From contig JAUFOQ010000010.1 in NCBI GenBank assembly GCA_040285855.1, forward strand, positions 930,001-994,000: DNA of 64,000 nt. The letters are read 5' to 3'. Positions 25,870 to 38,662 of the stretch are shown here, in pieces. The DNA comes from Eukaryota sp. GEM-RC1. Lineage: Eukaryota. Numbering within the stretch: position 1 is the stretch's first letter; each line of letters begins with the position of its first letter. The position numbers and the translations under genes were made by a program. The notes beneath the pieces were generated by a model. That model was not told the DNA's origin. It searched no databases and saw only the letters and a program-made list of their open reading frames with translations.

Positions 25870-27350
25870 CAGGCTTCACTAAAGTAGTCCGAAATTCAAA
25901 ATTAAAGTAAAGTAAAGTAGTTTACTTTACTGTAAGTGATACTTTAATTTCACTTTAAAGTTACTTTAAGGCCATTAAAGTACGCCCTGATCTCAATCGT
26001 CTTTTCAATAGTTTTTGTAATAAACATTCGTGTTTAGTTTCATCTTCCCATATATGCATGAATTCACTTCCTTCCGAAGAATGGAGGTCAGTCTGTCAAA
26101 TTGTTGAAGTACTGTCAAGAAATTGTGCTCGGTTCTACTGCAAGCTCTGTGGGATAACTCACTCGGTCAACAGATGGGATATATAGGGGCACTATGTTCC
26201 AGATCTTGTACCCAAAGGATCCGTTCAGCTTTGCTCTGCCATCAACAACGCGAAAACTTTGGCCAATATATCTGCCTTAACTTCCTACTTAATAAGCCAT
26301 GCCAAATCTAGAAACAGCCATTCCATGTTAATATTAAAAGACAAGCACTCACTTGCTTGGTCTTTAATTTTTGTAGTTTTTTGTGAGTTAGGGTAATGTT
26401 CGCTTTTTTTGGACATCTGTGATCACCAGACTAACATTGAAGTATTGTTACTTTACCCATTTTGGTCGTTTCAAGTCAAGTAAAGTTAAGTGATAAAGTA
26501 AAGTTAAGTGACTACAGTACTTTCATGATCATCAATGGACTACAACATTTAGACTTCGATGTTTTTGTGGCCCTCTAATTTACCCAATGATCTTCAATGC
26601 AAATGTGGTAAATTAGTTACTTTTTCTCACCTTTTGAGTTGTAATCGTTTCATTACTTATAGAACTTGTATTCATGATGCTGTCAGAGATCAAATTCGTG
26701 CAATGTGTAAGTCCTACAAAATCGAATCTTTCGTTGAGTCACTGTTGAGATCACTGGAAATCAATAATTCAAAAAATAGAGATTCTGATAAGACTTTTGG
26801 TAAACGAAGAGCTGATGTTATGGTTCCATCAGTTAATGATGAACTAACCGTTGTTGATGTGATTACTGAGGATGTTTGCAAAAAAGTGCATTCAAGGATG
26901 CTAAAAATGAAGTTTCTCCACTGAATTTTTCAGAACAATACAAGAGAAACAAATATGATGAACCACTGACTGCTCTCAAACATATTAGACATGTTGAGTA
27001 CAAATTGTGCCCTTTTGCAATTTCAATTTATGGTCGACTTGGTAGATATGCTCTTTGTTTTCTCTCTGATTTTGAGAAAGTGGTCAAAAAAGAATGAACA
27101 AGAAATTTGATTTCAAATTTTGGTTGAATCGTATTGTTTTTACAATATTTAAAACAATTCCTATCATGATTTCAAAAGCTCTATTAGCTCTCAGTGTTGT
27201 TTATGAAGAAAAAGCTGATGTGAGTTTTAATGGCAATGATTGTTGCTTTAATGATATTGAATTCTAGTACTTATGTTTATTTTAGTGCTTTTGTTCCATA
27301 AACTCTGATCACAGCAAAAAAAAAGTACTTTCTCACTTTAGTGAAGCCTG
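25870..27350. mobile_element. TIR element (hAT-type) carrying a nested retrotransposon
   Basis: Perfect 16-bp TIR CAGGCTTCACTAAAGT; degenerate TSD GTCTGAAC/GTCTGCCT; TAAAG subterminal repeats. Confidence 0.75.
26525..27324 (+). mobile_element. 5'-truncated RLE-type non-LTR retrotransposon (CRE-like domain order)
   Basis: CCHC knuckle CKCG...HLLSC, then HDAV, RRADV...VVDV, K..KY, PFAISIYGRLG; A9 tail; TSD GTACTTTC at 26517-26524 and 27325-27332. Confidence 0.9.
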
Positions 27351-27403
27351 GTCTGCCTCATATTCTGAAGTTCATTTTTACTTCCAAACCAACTCACCCT
27401 CAA

Positions 27404-28728
27404 ATGACAGTGTCTCTATCATTATCGTCCGATGAACGTCTAAGTGATTGTTATGAATCCTCAGTTTCAAGTTTCTCCTCCACAAAGCCTAATGCGACCT
27501 CCCCTTCCTGCTCCGCTGTTGATTCTCCTTCCCGTTCCTTGTACTTACCACAATCACTTCTCATCTTGATACACCGCCACTTATTGAATCGTTTGTTAAC
27601 GCCCTCGCTGAAATGGAAATTTAATCAACCTCGTCGATCTCTCGTTAAGTTGAATGCTAATTTACTTACGTTCTTCAAGAGTGTTGGCTATGTAAGCCAT
27701 CGCTTATTCGAATCCGCTCTATTAGCTGTGAAACTGTTTTTGAATTTAACACGTGTCATTCGGCAGCTGAAGACCTCCCTCATGTGGTTTTACTTGCTTC
27801 TTTTTTTGGAGTAGATACGCAGTTTGCTTTTGTTCACGTAGAGGGGACATTTAAAGCTGACGAGTTTCTACCTTATTCTCACATAATTTCAGGATTGGAA
27901 TTACATCTTCGGTATCAAAATGACTTGGAGTTTCTTTACAAGTCTTCCTTGATCTTCCCACGTCTTACACAACTTCATGTTTCCGTCCATTCTTCTATTA
28001 CTATGGAATTGATTGAATTGTTGAAAGAAAATACCACAGTTACGACTGTTAATCTGTGGAACAAGTCTATTGGAGCTGAAGGTGCTATAGTGTTGGCAAA
28101 TGCATTGAGAGTTAATACAACTGTTTCAAGTATTAACCTCAGAAGTAACTCTCTTGGAAATGAAGGTGCTAAATCATTGGCAGAGGTGTTGAAGGTTAAT
28201 AATACATTAACAGATGTTAATCTTTGGAACAATTCTATTGGAGATGAAGGCGCTAGAGCATTGGCAGATGCATTGAAAGTTAATAATACATTAACAATTG
28301 TTGATCTGAGTTACAACTCTATTGAAGATGGTGGTGTTAGAACTTTGTCAAAAGCGTTAAATCATAATACTACTGTTACAAGCGTTGATCTGAGTATGAA
28401 TTCTGTTGGAGATGCAGGTGCTAAAGCTTTGGCAGAGATGTTACAAGTAAATTCTACAATTACTAGTGTTGATCTGAACGGGAACTTGATTGGTGATGGA
28501 GGCGCTAGAGCATTGGCAGATACGTTGAAGGTGAACACATCAATTACAAAAATTGTTCTCGAGAGCAACTCTATTGGAGACGAAGGTGCTAGAGCATTGA
28601 CAGATGCATTGAAGATGAATACCACAGTCACTCATCTTGATCTGGAGAGCAACTCTATTGGAGATGAAGGTGTTGTAGCATTGACGGGTGTCTCGAACGA
28701 TAATGGCAATATAGAAATTCTATATTAA
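27404..28728 (+). pseudogene. Ser-leader LRR family gene (8 LRRs) with a single 1-nt frameshift near 27740
   Basis: ORFs 27341..27814 and 27784..28728 are consecutive halves of the family protein. Confidence 0.75.
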
Positions 28729-28998
28729 ATAAAAAAAGTAATTGCAGATTTTACGTATTTTGTTCTGATGTGTGTAAATGTAATATGCATTGCAAATATT
28801 CATAAATGTCTCATGTGTTGATTGTACTGAACTGAATGTGAAATTGTTAGATATTTAAACATGTACAAAATTTAAAAGCAGAAGAATGTTGTTGAATTAC
28901 AACTATAGAACATCATCTCACATTCATCTCTCAATTGAAAAGAACAGTTCAAAATTTGATCATAATAATATAATAAACGAACAACGACAAAAGCGATT

Positions 28999-29070
28999 CT
29001 CGGTCACGGGGAATCGAACCCCGGCCTCCCGCGTGACAGGCGGGGATACTCACCACTATACTATGACCGA
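28999..29070 (-). tRNA. tRNA-Asp (GTC)
   Basis: Reverse complement TCGGTCATAGTATAGTGGTGAGTATCCCCGCCTGTCACGCGGGAGGCCGGGGTTCGATTCCCCGTGACCGAG folds as a cloverleaf; anticodon GTC, TTCGATT T-loop, no encoded CCA, downstream TTTT. Confidence 0.97.
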
Positions 29071-29582
29071 TTGGTACCGATATTGGTACCAGTACATTGC
29101 CGGTACTGTACCGGTAACGTTATGTTAGATGTAACTGGTATTTGTAAAAGTGTTGAGACAGAATAGAGTTCTAGTTGTGGCTTTTGTATATTCCCTATAT
29201 ATCCCAACTTTCTTCCTAAAGGAGAAAGTTGTGGTGTTCTCATAATATGTTGTTATTAGGGTGTAAGAATGTGGTGTATATTGGAGACCAACAGGCCATA
29301 AACCCAACCTCAAACGAATGTTGATAAGCCATTCATGATCTTTTAAGTTAAAACTTTAGCTTTGAGGATATAAAACTCCATTATCTCATGAAAGTGGGGT
29401 ACATATAGTTGGTGTCATGGATCGCTATGTTTAATTATAGTGCTTTTCATCAGAAATTCATTATGATTATTGAAAAATGTGATTTTTATATCCAACTACG
29501 TACCTTTTATTTATTATAAATGTAACATATCAAACAACTAAAATTTGATATCACACAGCATGAGTTTTCAAGGAAAGTGTCT

Positions 29583-30767
29583 TTAGAAATAAATTCTGCT
29601 CTGGTGTAGTGATTTTAATGACTGTTGTGTTTGACTGTTGATTAAGTTCTTACGTATATAGATATCAGAAACAGATGAATTCACCGTTAAAGATTCGGCA
29701 ATTGCATTAGCACCTTCATTACCAATTGAGTTGTTAGATAGATCGATCCTAGAAACAGATGAATTCACCGTTAAAGATTCGGCAATTGCATTAGCACCTT
29801 CATTACCAATCGAGTTGTTACGTAGATCGATTGTAGAAACACAAGTATTCACCTTTAAAGCATCAGCAATTGCAATAGCGCCTTCAGAACCAATTGAGTT
29901 GATAAATAAATCGATTGTAGAAACAGAAGAATTCACCTTTAAAGCATCAGCAATTGCAATAGCGCCTTCAGAACCAATTGAGTTGTTACGTAGATCGATC
30001 CTAGAAACAGAAGAATTAACCTTTAAAGCTTCAGCAATTTCAATAGCGCCTTCAGAACCAATTGAGTTGTTCCATAGATTGATCTGAGAAACAGAAGAAT
30101 TGACCTTTAAAGCTTCAGCAATTGCAATAGCGCCTTCAGGACCAATTGAGTTGTTCCATAGATTGATCTGAGAAACAGAAGAATTCACCTTTAAAGCTTC
30201 AGCAATTGCAATAGCGCCTTCAGGACCAATTGAGTTGTTATAGAGACCGATAGTAGAAACAGATGAATTCACCTTTAAAGCTTCAGCAATTGCAATAGCG
30301 CCTTCAGGACCAATTGAGTTATTATCTAGATCGATCTCAGAACCCTCATTTCTCACCATCTCATCATAACAATTCTTCAACTTAGAGCTGAGCTTGCTCC
30401 AATCAATAACAAGTTTCTTCTCTTCAACTTGTTGTACAGGGCATAGACTTTCAATAGACTTGATTGGTAAAGGAGTGTCATCCAGAAGCCTAGCAGAAGC
30501 ACCACTGGACTCCGAATCAACGGCAACCCCTTCCTCACACTCAAAATAAATAGTCTCACCCTGACCAGCAACGAAGGCTTCAATAGCTTCTTTCAACTTG
30601 TAGTTAGGACACAGCCTTGACTTGTCCACTTCAGCTCGACAGATCGGACATCCGTCATGAGAATCAAGCCACTCCTGCAAATCCGACATACAAAATGTGT
30701 GACCACACCAAATAGTTACCGGATTCTTGAGAATTTCATGACAAATATAACAGATATAATGAGACAT
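29583..30767 (-). CDS. RING finger-LRR protein (9 LRRs); B-box-less paralog of 51184..53895
   Basis: CYICHE...CGHTFC..D...CPICR RING followed by 84-bp LRR modules and the same NSQTQQSLKSLH cap. Confidence 0.9.
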   Translation of the reverse strand: MSHYICYICHEILKNPVTIWCGHTFCMSDLQEWLDSHDGCPICRAEVDKSRLCPNYKLKEAIEAFVAGQGETIYFECEEGVAVDSESSGASARLLDDTPLPIKSIESLCPVQQVEEKKLVIDWSKLSSKLKNCYDEMVRNEGSEIDLDNNSIGPEGAIAIAEALKVNSSVSTIGLYNNSIGPEGAIAIAEALKVNSSVSQINLWNNSIGPEGAIAIAEALKVNSSVSQINLWNNSIGSEGAIEIAEALKVNSSVSRIDLRNNSIGSEGAIAIADALKVNSSVSTIDLFINSIGSEGAIAIADALKVNTCVSTIDLRNNSIGNEGANAIAESLTVNSSVSRIDLSNNSIGNEGANAIAESLTVNSSVSDIYIRKNLINSQTQQSLKSLHQSRIYF

Positions 30768-30782
30768 TTGAAGAAGAAAATA

Positions 30783-30873
30783 GAACTATAACTGTTGGAA
30801 GAGGTTGAGAAAAAAAGACAACATTTTTTCTCCCCTCGGGCACTTTCTCAACCTCTTCCAACAGTTATAGTTC
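30783..30873. repeat. Perfect 30-bp inverted repeat (31-nt loop) immediately 5' of the RING-LRR start codon
   Basis: GAACTATAACTGTTGGAAGAGGTTGAGAAA at 30783-30812 and its reverse complement at 30844-30873. Confidence 0.9.
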
Positions 30874-31693
30874 CATTTGTAAGCCAATCTCGATACGTTC
30901 TTTTGCAACATTCACATATATCCAATCTAGCTTAGCCGGGGATCTTAGTCGGGATCGTTGGTTGTTTATTTTTGACGTCCAAAAAGGGTAAAGAACAAAA
31001 GGTATTGTTGGTGGAGTGTTGCTTTTCTTAGGGAGAAGAAAAGAAAAAAGGGCTAAACTCAACAATAAACAAAGCTTTCCTTCATAATATTGGTGAAAGC
31101 ACCAACATTATTGAAGAAACGGAAATGATTGACAGAGCTGGAGAAACTGTAGCTGTTAATTCGGAAGATGAAACTGACATCGTACGAGTGGATTGGAAGT
31201 CACTACAGGAGAGAGAATACAGTTTTAAAAGTGTATTGCAAGAAATAAATAACATCGTTATTAAGAAGATTCAACTTGGCCAAGTTGAACAGCTGTAAGA
31301 GCAGAGACGTGAGTTCGATAACATCATAACGTTACAGCAATACATTATCTTGAGTTCAGTGATGTAGAAAAGTATACGAAAGTAACAGTAAAACTCTTTT
31401 GGTTCAACATGGTATATATTTTTTTGCATGTGATTTGCGTGTTCTGTTGGTTTCATCAGTTTACAATGTTGCTGTTTGTTCGATTGTAGCTGTTTGCAGA
31501 GGAAAATGTCATCAATATGTGTATAGATTTCATTGAAATTATTAAACTCGGCCAAGAAACACTAATATCAAGAATTTGTTATGGAATCCAACAGCAGCAC
31601 TAGTTAAACAATTAGATTTTGGCCAAGCAATAATGCAACAAATCAGTAGAGAATTAGTGAGTGGCACTCACTTTCTCTCTCACCAAAACTGAC

Positions 31694-32823
31694 ATGTCTC
31701 GGTTTGAACTTCCCTTGAAGCGTAGTCGTTCTTTGTATAATAGTGTTGCAGTTACTGATGTTGTTGAATGTAATAGATCCTCTTCTAGTATCTCCTCTTC
31801 GAATCCTAGCTCTGATACATCTTCCTCTTTGTGTTCCCCTATCGATTCACCTTCCAAGCATCTACAGCTTCCACAATCGCTTCTAACTGTGATACATTCT
31901 CACTTAGTAAGTCGTTTGCTAGAACCTTCTCTTGAATGGCGTGGCAATGAACCGCGTAGTGGTTTCCTGTATTTGAAGAATAATTTACTTTCATTCTTCA
32001 ACAAAGTTGGCTATGTGAGCGACAGATTCTTTGAATCTTCCCGTCAAGCAGCAAGGGTGTTTTTGAGATACACACGTTCCATATAGCTTCTTTTGACCTT
32101 CCCCAACTCTGTTCATTTGCTTCTTTCTTTGAAGCAGACGTACCTTCACTGTTTTTACACGTTTACGGGAGCTTCAATATTGAAGAGTTTCTTAGTTATT
32201 CTCATGTCATTACAGGATTGGAATTTTGCTTATGGCATGACAAAGACTTGGAGTTTCTGAACAAATCATCATTGATTTTTCCACATCTTAAGGAACTTCA
32301 TGTCCATGTTGATTATTCTCTTTCTACGTCCTTGATTGAATTGTTAAAACTCAATACTTCAGTTACGAGTGCTAATCTGGGTGAACACTATATCGGTGCT
32401 GCAGGTGCTATAGCCATTTCAGAGGTGTTAAAAGTTAATACTACAATTACCAGTCTGAATCTAAGTGGAAATTGTATTGGAGCTCAAGGTGTTGGACCCA
32501 TATCAGAGGCGTTGAAAAATAATGACACGGTTAAGTGTATTAATTTGAGTGGCAACTTCATTGGAACTGATGGTGCTAGAGCATTGGCCGAGACGTTAAA
32601 AGTTAATGGAACAATTTCCAGTATAGACCTGGGTGGAAACTCTATTGGAATCGATGGCGTTATGGCTTTAGCGGAGGCATTGACAGTTAACGTCACAGTT
32701 ACAAATGTTAGTTTAGGATGCAACTTTATTGGAGATGAAGGTGCCAAAGCTTTGGCAGAGGCGTCAAAAGTAAATAGTAAAGTTAAAATCGAAGGGGTAG
32801 AACAACTTGATCGTTATTTATAG
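31694..32823 (+). pseudogene. Ser-leader LRR family gene (5 LRRs) with a single 1-nt frameshift near 32063
   Basis: ORFs 31661..32086 and 32218..32823 are joined by family sequence in the shifted frame. Confidence 0.75.
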
Positions 32824-34700
32824 GAACTCCAAGTCTATAATTTGATAGAATCGTTGTATTTTTTTTTTAAAACTGATGCTTTTGGAAGAGTAGCTACTCT
32901 TGATATATAAGATTTTCTAATTGTTCTAGATGAGGAAACACTCACAAAAGTATTTGACAAATATACTAATTAAGGGAATTTTAATAAAATTTAATATTTA
33001 ATTTTCTTAATTTATTATTATTTAATAGGAATTTTTTCTACTAGGATCCAACAATTTCTTTGTATACATTAACAATTGTTGGATATATTAATGTATCAAA
33101 GTGACTGTGATTCCGATTCGATTTTTTTAAATAATCTAGAACGACTTTCAACGTAAAAGGAGAATCAGAAGAAATCAATTATTATATATAAACAAAATCC
33201 GAACGCCATCTGCAAATGATGGCGCATAGTTTAACGTAATTTAAGTTCAATGATAACAGTCGTGTAAATTTGAATGATTTGTTGAGAAAATGTCTTCCGG
33301 ATATTGATAGAATTCCGAGAATCGAAAAGTAGGTTTAACTCCACTTTTTAACTTATTCATGTGCTTTAGAAATCAATGACGATATGTGGTTTATTCAGCC
33401 TTAACTCACATTCAATTTTTCAGGATGATGTATTGCTATGGCAACTGAGTTACCAAATGTTTTTTCAGAGATTAACTCACACCCCAGTAAAGGTATCAAG
33501 ATTTCCTAAAACTATAACACTTTAACCTCATGAACTAACAGCGACAACTTCCTTTATTCTAATATATTACTTGCAACCCCCAATTAAGTACACCACTGAA
33601 TGTACCATAAATTCATTAATGTTCCCAAAATGTACCAAAAATTCCGGATTGTACCATGCATTGATAAAGTAGTGTTTTTGAACCTTTTCTGAACTATATA
33701 TAATTGTCGAATATCAAAAGAATTTTAAGTTTTCAGTCAAAAAAAGACCTTAGAAGCTAACACAACAGGAGTCGTTATGCTACTATGGAGAAGTCATTAA
33801 CGGAAGTAAAAAAGAGATGGTGACAACGAACAATATTTACATAAATACTAGATCAAAATACATAAATGAAGAAATTAACGAACAAATTCACGTTCAGTCA
33901 ATTCATGATAGATTACAGTCAAAAGACATTTTTCCACCTTTGTTGTGAAACTGATGCGCCGCATATAATGAATGAGTGGTAAGAACAACAGTTTGTCCGT
34001 AACAAGGACTTGACTCTCCAACAAACAAACCTGGAAACAATGGAGCGAATGACTGAAGTAGAGTGCACTGTTTTCGTAGTTGGATCTGGTTATGCTTGAA
34101 ATTTTGCACGTCAAAATAGGTATTAATACTCGTCCGCATCTAATACGTTCCAATACGTGAAATTCGGTAGCAGTAACTTGTTTATCTTCCCCTCAGCATC
34201 TCTCCATTTTCGTCATGATCATAAATTGGTCATCCAACTATAACATTGCTTTTGAAGGGAATCCTGATGACAGGGACTTGATCAAGATCAAGTGGGTGAT
34301 GATGATGATGATGTGGTTCGTTGTGAGGACAGAAAAGTGTTTGAATCCAGAAATTGACTTCAGTAATAATGTTTTTTTGGTTTGGCCACGTTTCTTAGAT
34401 GATTTGATGTGATATACAGTTTATAGATGAAAATGGCAGACAAATATAATTTATGACACTAAAGAAACAGTAGATTCTTGGTCAATTCACTTTAGTACAA
34501 GATTGTGACGCTATAGACATAGTCGACTGTATATGTTAGATGTCGATAATTCACTGGATTTGCTGATAATAGTACCCCCAATTTTCAACAGACACCCACG
34601 TATCTTTATCTGAAGTTACGTCTCAAGACGGACGAAGACGCTAAATACGTCCTGTGCAACCCTACTTAAAATACACCACAAACCTCTTCCCATCACCACA

Positions 34701-36230
34701 ATGTCTCAGTCTGATCTTCTCTCGAAGAGTCGTTCATTAGATGATAGTATCTCAGTTACTGACGTTGTTGAATGTAATGGATCCTCTTCTAGTAGCTCCT
34801 CCTCGAATCATAGTTCTGGAACATCTTCCCCCATTGATTCTTCCAATTTAATGCACTTCCAACAGTCACTACTTACTTTGATCCACCTTCATTTTGTGAG
34901 TCAGCTGTTAAAGTCTTCTCTCGACTGGAATCGTAATTCACCTCTCTTTATCCTGAAGAGAGATTTACCTACGTTCTTTGAGAAAGTTGGCTATGTAAGC
35001 CATCGTTTCTTTGAGTCTGCTCTACTTGCAACCAAGGTGTTTTTCCAAACGAACACGTTTCATGTCATTCCAAAAGATCTTCCTCAAGTTTGTTAATTTG
35101 CTTCTTTCTTTGGAACTGACACGTGGTCAATTTTCTTACACGTAAAAGAATATTTTAAAGTTGAAGAATTCATTACTTATTCACCTATAATTTCAGGATT
35201 GGAATTGGAAGTACGGAATCACAATGACTTGGAGTTCCTTAACAAGTCTTCCTTGTTCTTTCCAATTCTCAACGAGCTTCATGTAAATATTCATCATCAT
35301 CCTTCTATTTTTACGACATTTATCGAATTATTGAAAGTTAATGAGACAGTGACGACAGTTAATCTGAGAGGGAACTATATTATAGTTGAAGGTGCTAGAG
35401 CTTTGGCAGAGGCTTTGAAAGTTAATCGCACAGTTACAAGTATTGGTCTGGGTTATAACGCTATTGGAAATGAAGGTGCTCGAGATTTGGCAGAGTCTTT
35501 GAAAGTTAATACTTCAGTTACAAATATTGATATGTGGAGCAACTCTATTGGAAATGAAGGAGCTTTAGCTTTGGCAGAGGCTTTGAAAGTTAATACTTCA
35601 GTTACAACTCTTGGTCTGGGTGTAAACTCTATTGGAGATGAAGGCGCAGCTGCTTTGGCAGAGGCAATTGGAGTTACTACTACTGTTCTGTGTGTTAACC
35701 TGGGTGGAAATCATATAGGAAATGATGGTGCTGCTGCTTTTGCAGATGCGTTAAAAATCAACACTACAGTTACAAGTGTTGATCTGTGGAACAACTCTAT
35801 TGGAGCTGAAGGTGCTAGAGCTTTAGCAGATGCGTTAAAAGTTAATGATACAGTGACGGGCGTTAATTTGGAGTACAATTGTATTGGAGATGAAGGTGCT
35901 GGAGCTTTGGCAGATATGTTAAAAGTTAACACTACAGTTACAAGTATTGATTTTCGGGACAACTTTATTGGAGATGAAGGTGCTAGAGCTTTGGCATCTG
36001 CTTTAAAATTGAATACAACAGTTACAGCTGTTTTTCTGGAGGACAACTCTATTGGAGATGAAGGCGCTGAAGCTTTGGCAGAGGCGTTAAAAGTAAATAC
36101 TACAATTACAAGTATTAATCTGCGTGACAACTCTATTGGAGATGAAGGTGCTGAAGCTTTGGCAGATGTGTTGGAAGTCAATAGTAAAGTCAAAATCGTA
36201 GGAGTCTATCAGTTGAATGAATTTTTATAA
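34701..36230 (+). pseudogene. Ser-leader LRR family gene (10 LRRs) with one in-frame nonsense codon
   Basis: TAA at 35094-35096 replaces the TCA of the CSFASFF motif; both ORFs are in the same frame. Confidence 0.8.
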
Positions 36231-36313
36231 CTTTTTCTACTTCCAACTTGTACAATCTAATAAACTGTAGTTGTTTAGTTTTTTTACTTCAGTAAGTTGA
36301 TGAAACTCTGTAT

Positions 36314-36417
36314 TGTAGTTGCCGATCGACTCGAGTCTGAGCGTACTCAGAATTGGGTGAGTCGAGTCCGAGCGTACTCACACTTGTCTGAGTCGAGTTG
36401 AGTCGACGGCAACTCTA
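36314..36417. mobile_element. 104-bp MITE, hAT-type
   Basis: Ends TGTAGTTGCCG / CGGCAACTCTA, flanking direct repeat CTCTGTAT, internal GAGTC repeats. Confidence 0.65.
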
Positions 36418-36839
36418 CTCTGTATTGTATTGAAGATCAAAGAAGCTCTTGTGAACAAAAAGGTAAGTAATTGAATAGAGTAATGTAAGTAGAATTGTAG
36501 AATGCTTTCATCAGTTTCATTCTTTATTTACACTGGTTAGTTGACACATATATTCAAGTGATGACGTTGACGAATAGTGAATGTGGTTTTAACGAACATC
36601 GACAACTGGTCAAGATTTATCATATGTGTGGATTATATAGATGGTTTCACTGATATTACAATCACATTTAAATCACAAGTAATGTGATCATAGAAAACAG
36701 CACAGTGTGGTCACATGTTTTTGTGAACCACAAGTAAGGGTGTGATTATACATACATGTATGATAATTTATATTTGATTAACTATTTTGTGTATATGTAT
36801 AATTCGTTATAGTTTACCAGAAACACAACGTACTGACCA

Positions 36840-38421
36840 CTTTATTAAGCTGCCACTTTGTATGAAGAGATTGGTTTAAATTTAAATATTCAAACATGTT
36901 TCGTTATAGGAAAAGAACCAAAATTATTAACAATTCGTTCAATTGAAGTCCCTTTCATTAGTTATTCTGCTTCAAGTTTCAGATTTCTTGGTTGTTTTTT
37001 TTTTGGTAAAAAGGAAGATATTGTCAAAAACCTTGATGATTATTTGAATTCGATTCAACAAAAGTTGGCTAAGATTGAAGTTCTTGAAATTGAAAAACAT
37101 TTAAAATTCTTCATGCTCAAAAATTTGTTATTCTGGCAAAATTACTCATCTTTTAAGGTCCCTTGCTCCAGAGTTATCGTATGATTTCTGTAGAGCTTTT
37201 AAAAAAATTCGCACAGACTTTCTTTCTTTTCTTCTTCAAGCCAACTCCAATATTTTAAATAACCACACATTTTCCAGTCCATATCTTGGAGGTTTGGGAT
37301 TTACATCTTCTAAATGGTGGACTGAAGCAGCTTTTATCTTAATCATCTCCGTGGTGAAATAGGAAATCTTTCTACTGAGTTATGGTAAACTTGCTTTCCT
37401 GTTGATATCAAATAGAAATTCCATGTCGAGACATTTTGTCTTTAAAGTTTGCTTTAAAAAAAGCTACAAAGTCATTTATTAAAATATTTTGAAAGTTTAG
37501 ATTTAACAGTCCGTCTTAGCTCGGCTAAGGAAAAAAATCCAGGTATCGGTAATTTTTTAATTGATTTAAAGGAGAGTTCTGCTGTGGCATTAATTAATCA
37601 AATTCCACAAGTATACGGTTTGTTATTAAATGATCATCAATGGACCACTACAATGAGACTTCGTTGTTATTTATGGCCATATAATTTGCCAAATGATCTT
37701 CAATGTAGTTGTGGAAAACAATTAACGTTTTCTCATTTGTTAAGTTGTACTCGCTACATAACTTATCGAACGTGTATGCATTATGTGGTAAGAGATCAAA
37801 TACATGCTATGTGTAAGTCTTACAAAATTGAGTCATTTGTTGAACCACTTCTAAGATCTTTAGAACCAAGTAATAATTGTAATGTCGAAAAACAGAACCA
37901 ATTTTTTGTTGAACGGAGAGCAGATGTTGTTGTCCCTTCTTCTTCAGACAAATTGTTCATTGTTGAAGTAGTGTCAGTGGATGTTTGTAAAAAGACATCT
38001 TTAAAGAACGCTTCGTCTGAAACTTCTCCTTTAGACATTTCTGAACAGGCCAAACAGGATATGTACAAAAAACCATTGATGGCTTTAAAACATGTAAAAC
38101 ATGTTGAGTATGAATTATGCCCTTTTGCTGTCTCCAATTTACGGACGTTTAGGAAAAGTGCATTGAATTTTTTAAACGATTTCGGAAGAATCGTAAAAAA
38201 TAGGATGAACAAACGTTTTGATCATATGTTATGGTTGAATCGGATCGTTTTTACTGTTTTTAAAACAGTTCCCCTAATCATCTCCAAAGCTTTATTAGCA
38301 GTGAGTTCGTTTTATGAGGACAAAGCTGTTGTAAGGTTTGATAGCGACGGGTGTTGTTTTAATGATATCAAATTCTAGTTGTTTGATCTATTACATTTAT
38401 AATAAAACTATTTTTTATAAA
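36840..38421 (+). mobile_element. 5'-truncated RLE-type non-LTR retrotransposon (end of RT, zinc knuckle, RLE)
   Basis: EEIGLNLN..., FRFLG, LGGLG, CSCG...HLLSC, RRADV; short A tail; 13-bp TSD AACGTACTGACCA at 36827-36839 and 38422-38434. Confidence 0.9.
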
Positions 38422-38662
38422 AACGTACTGACCAAATATAATTTTTGTCTTTTTCAATCAATGTGATGTTGATTAAATTTCGATCAAGTTTTTGGGTGGT
38501 AAGTAGGAATGGGAATTAAGTTTGTTCTTTAGATAATTTGTTTGAGTAACATCTATTCATATTTAGTTTTGTATTGTGGTGGATACACTATTGTCGTTTT
38601 GCTTTTTGGCGCAATTTAGGTTCTACTAAGTTCAGAATTTTGCTTCTCTCATAATTAGGTCA

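Noticed and set aside
35094..35096. TAA/TAG reassignment (hexamitid-type code) to explain the in-frame stop
   Set aside because: Intact paralogs end at TAA/TAG at homologous positions, and the aligned codon is Ser TCA, so a point nonsense change is simpler.
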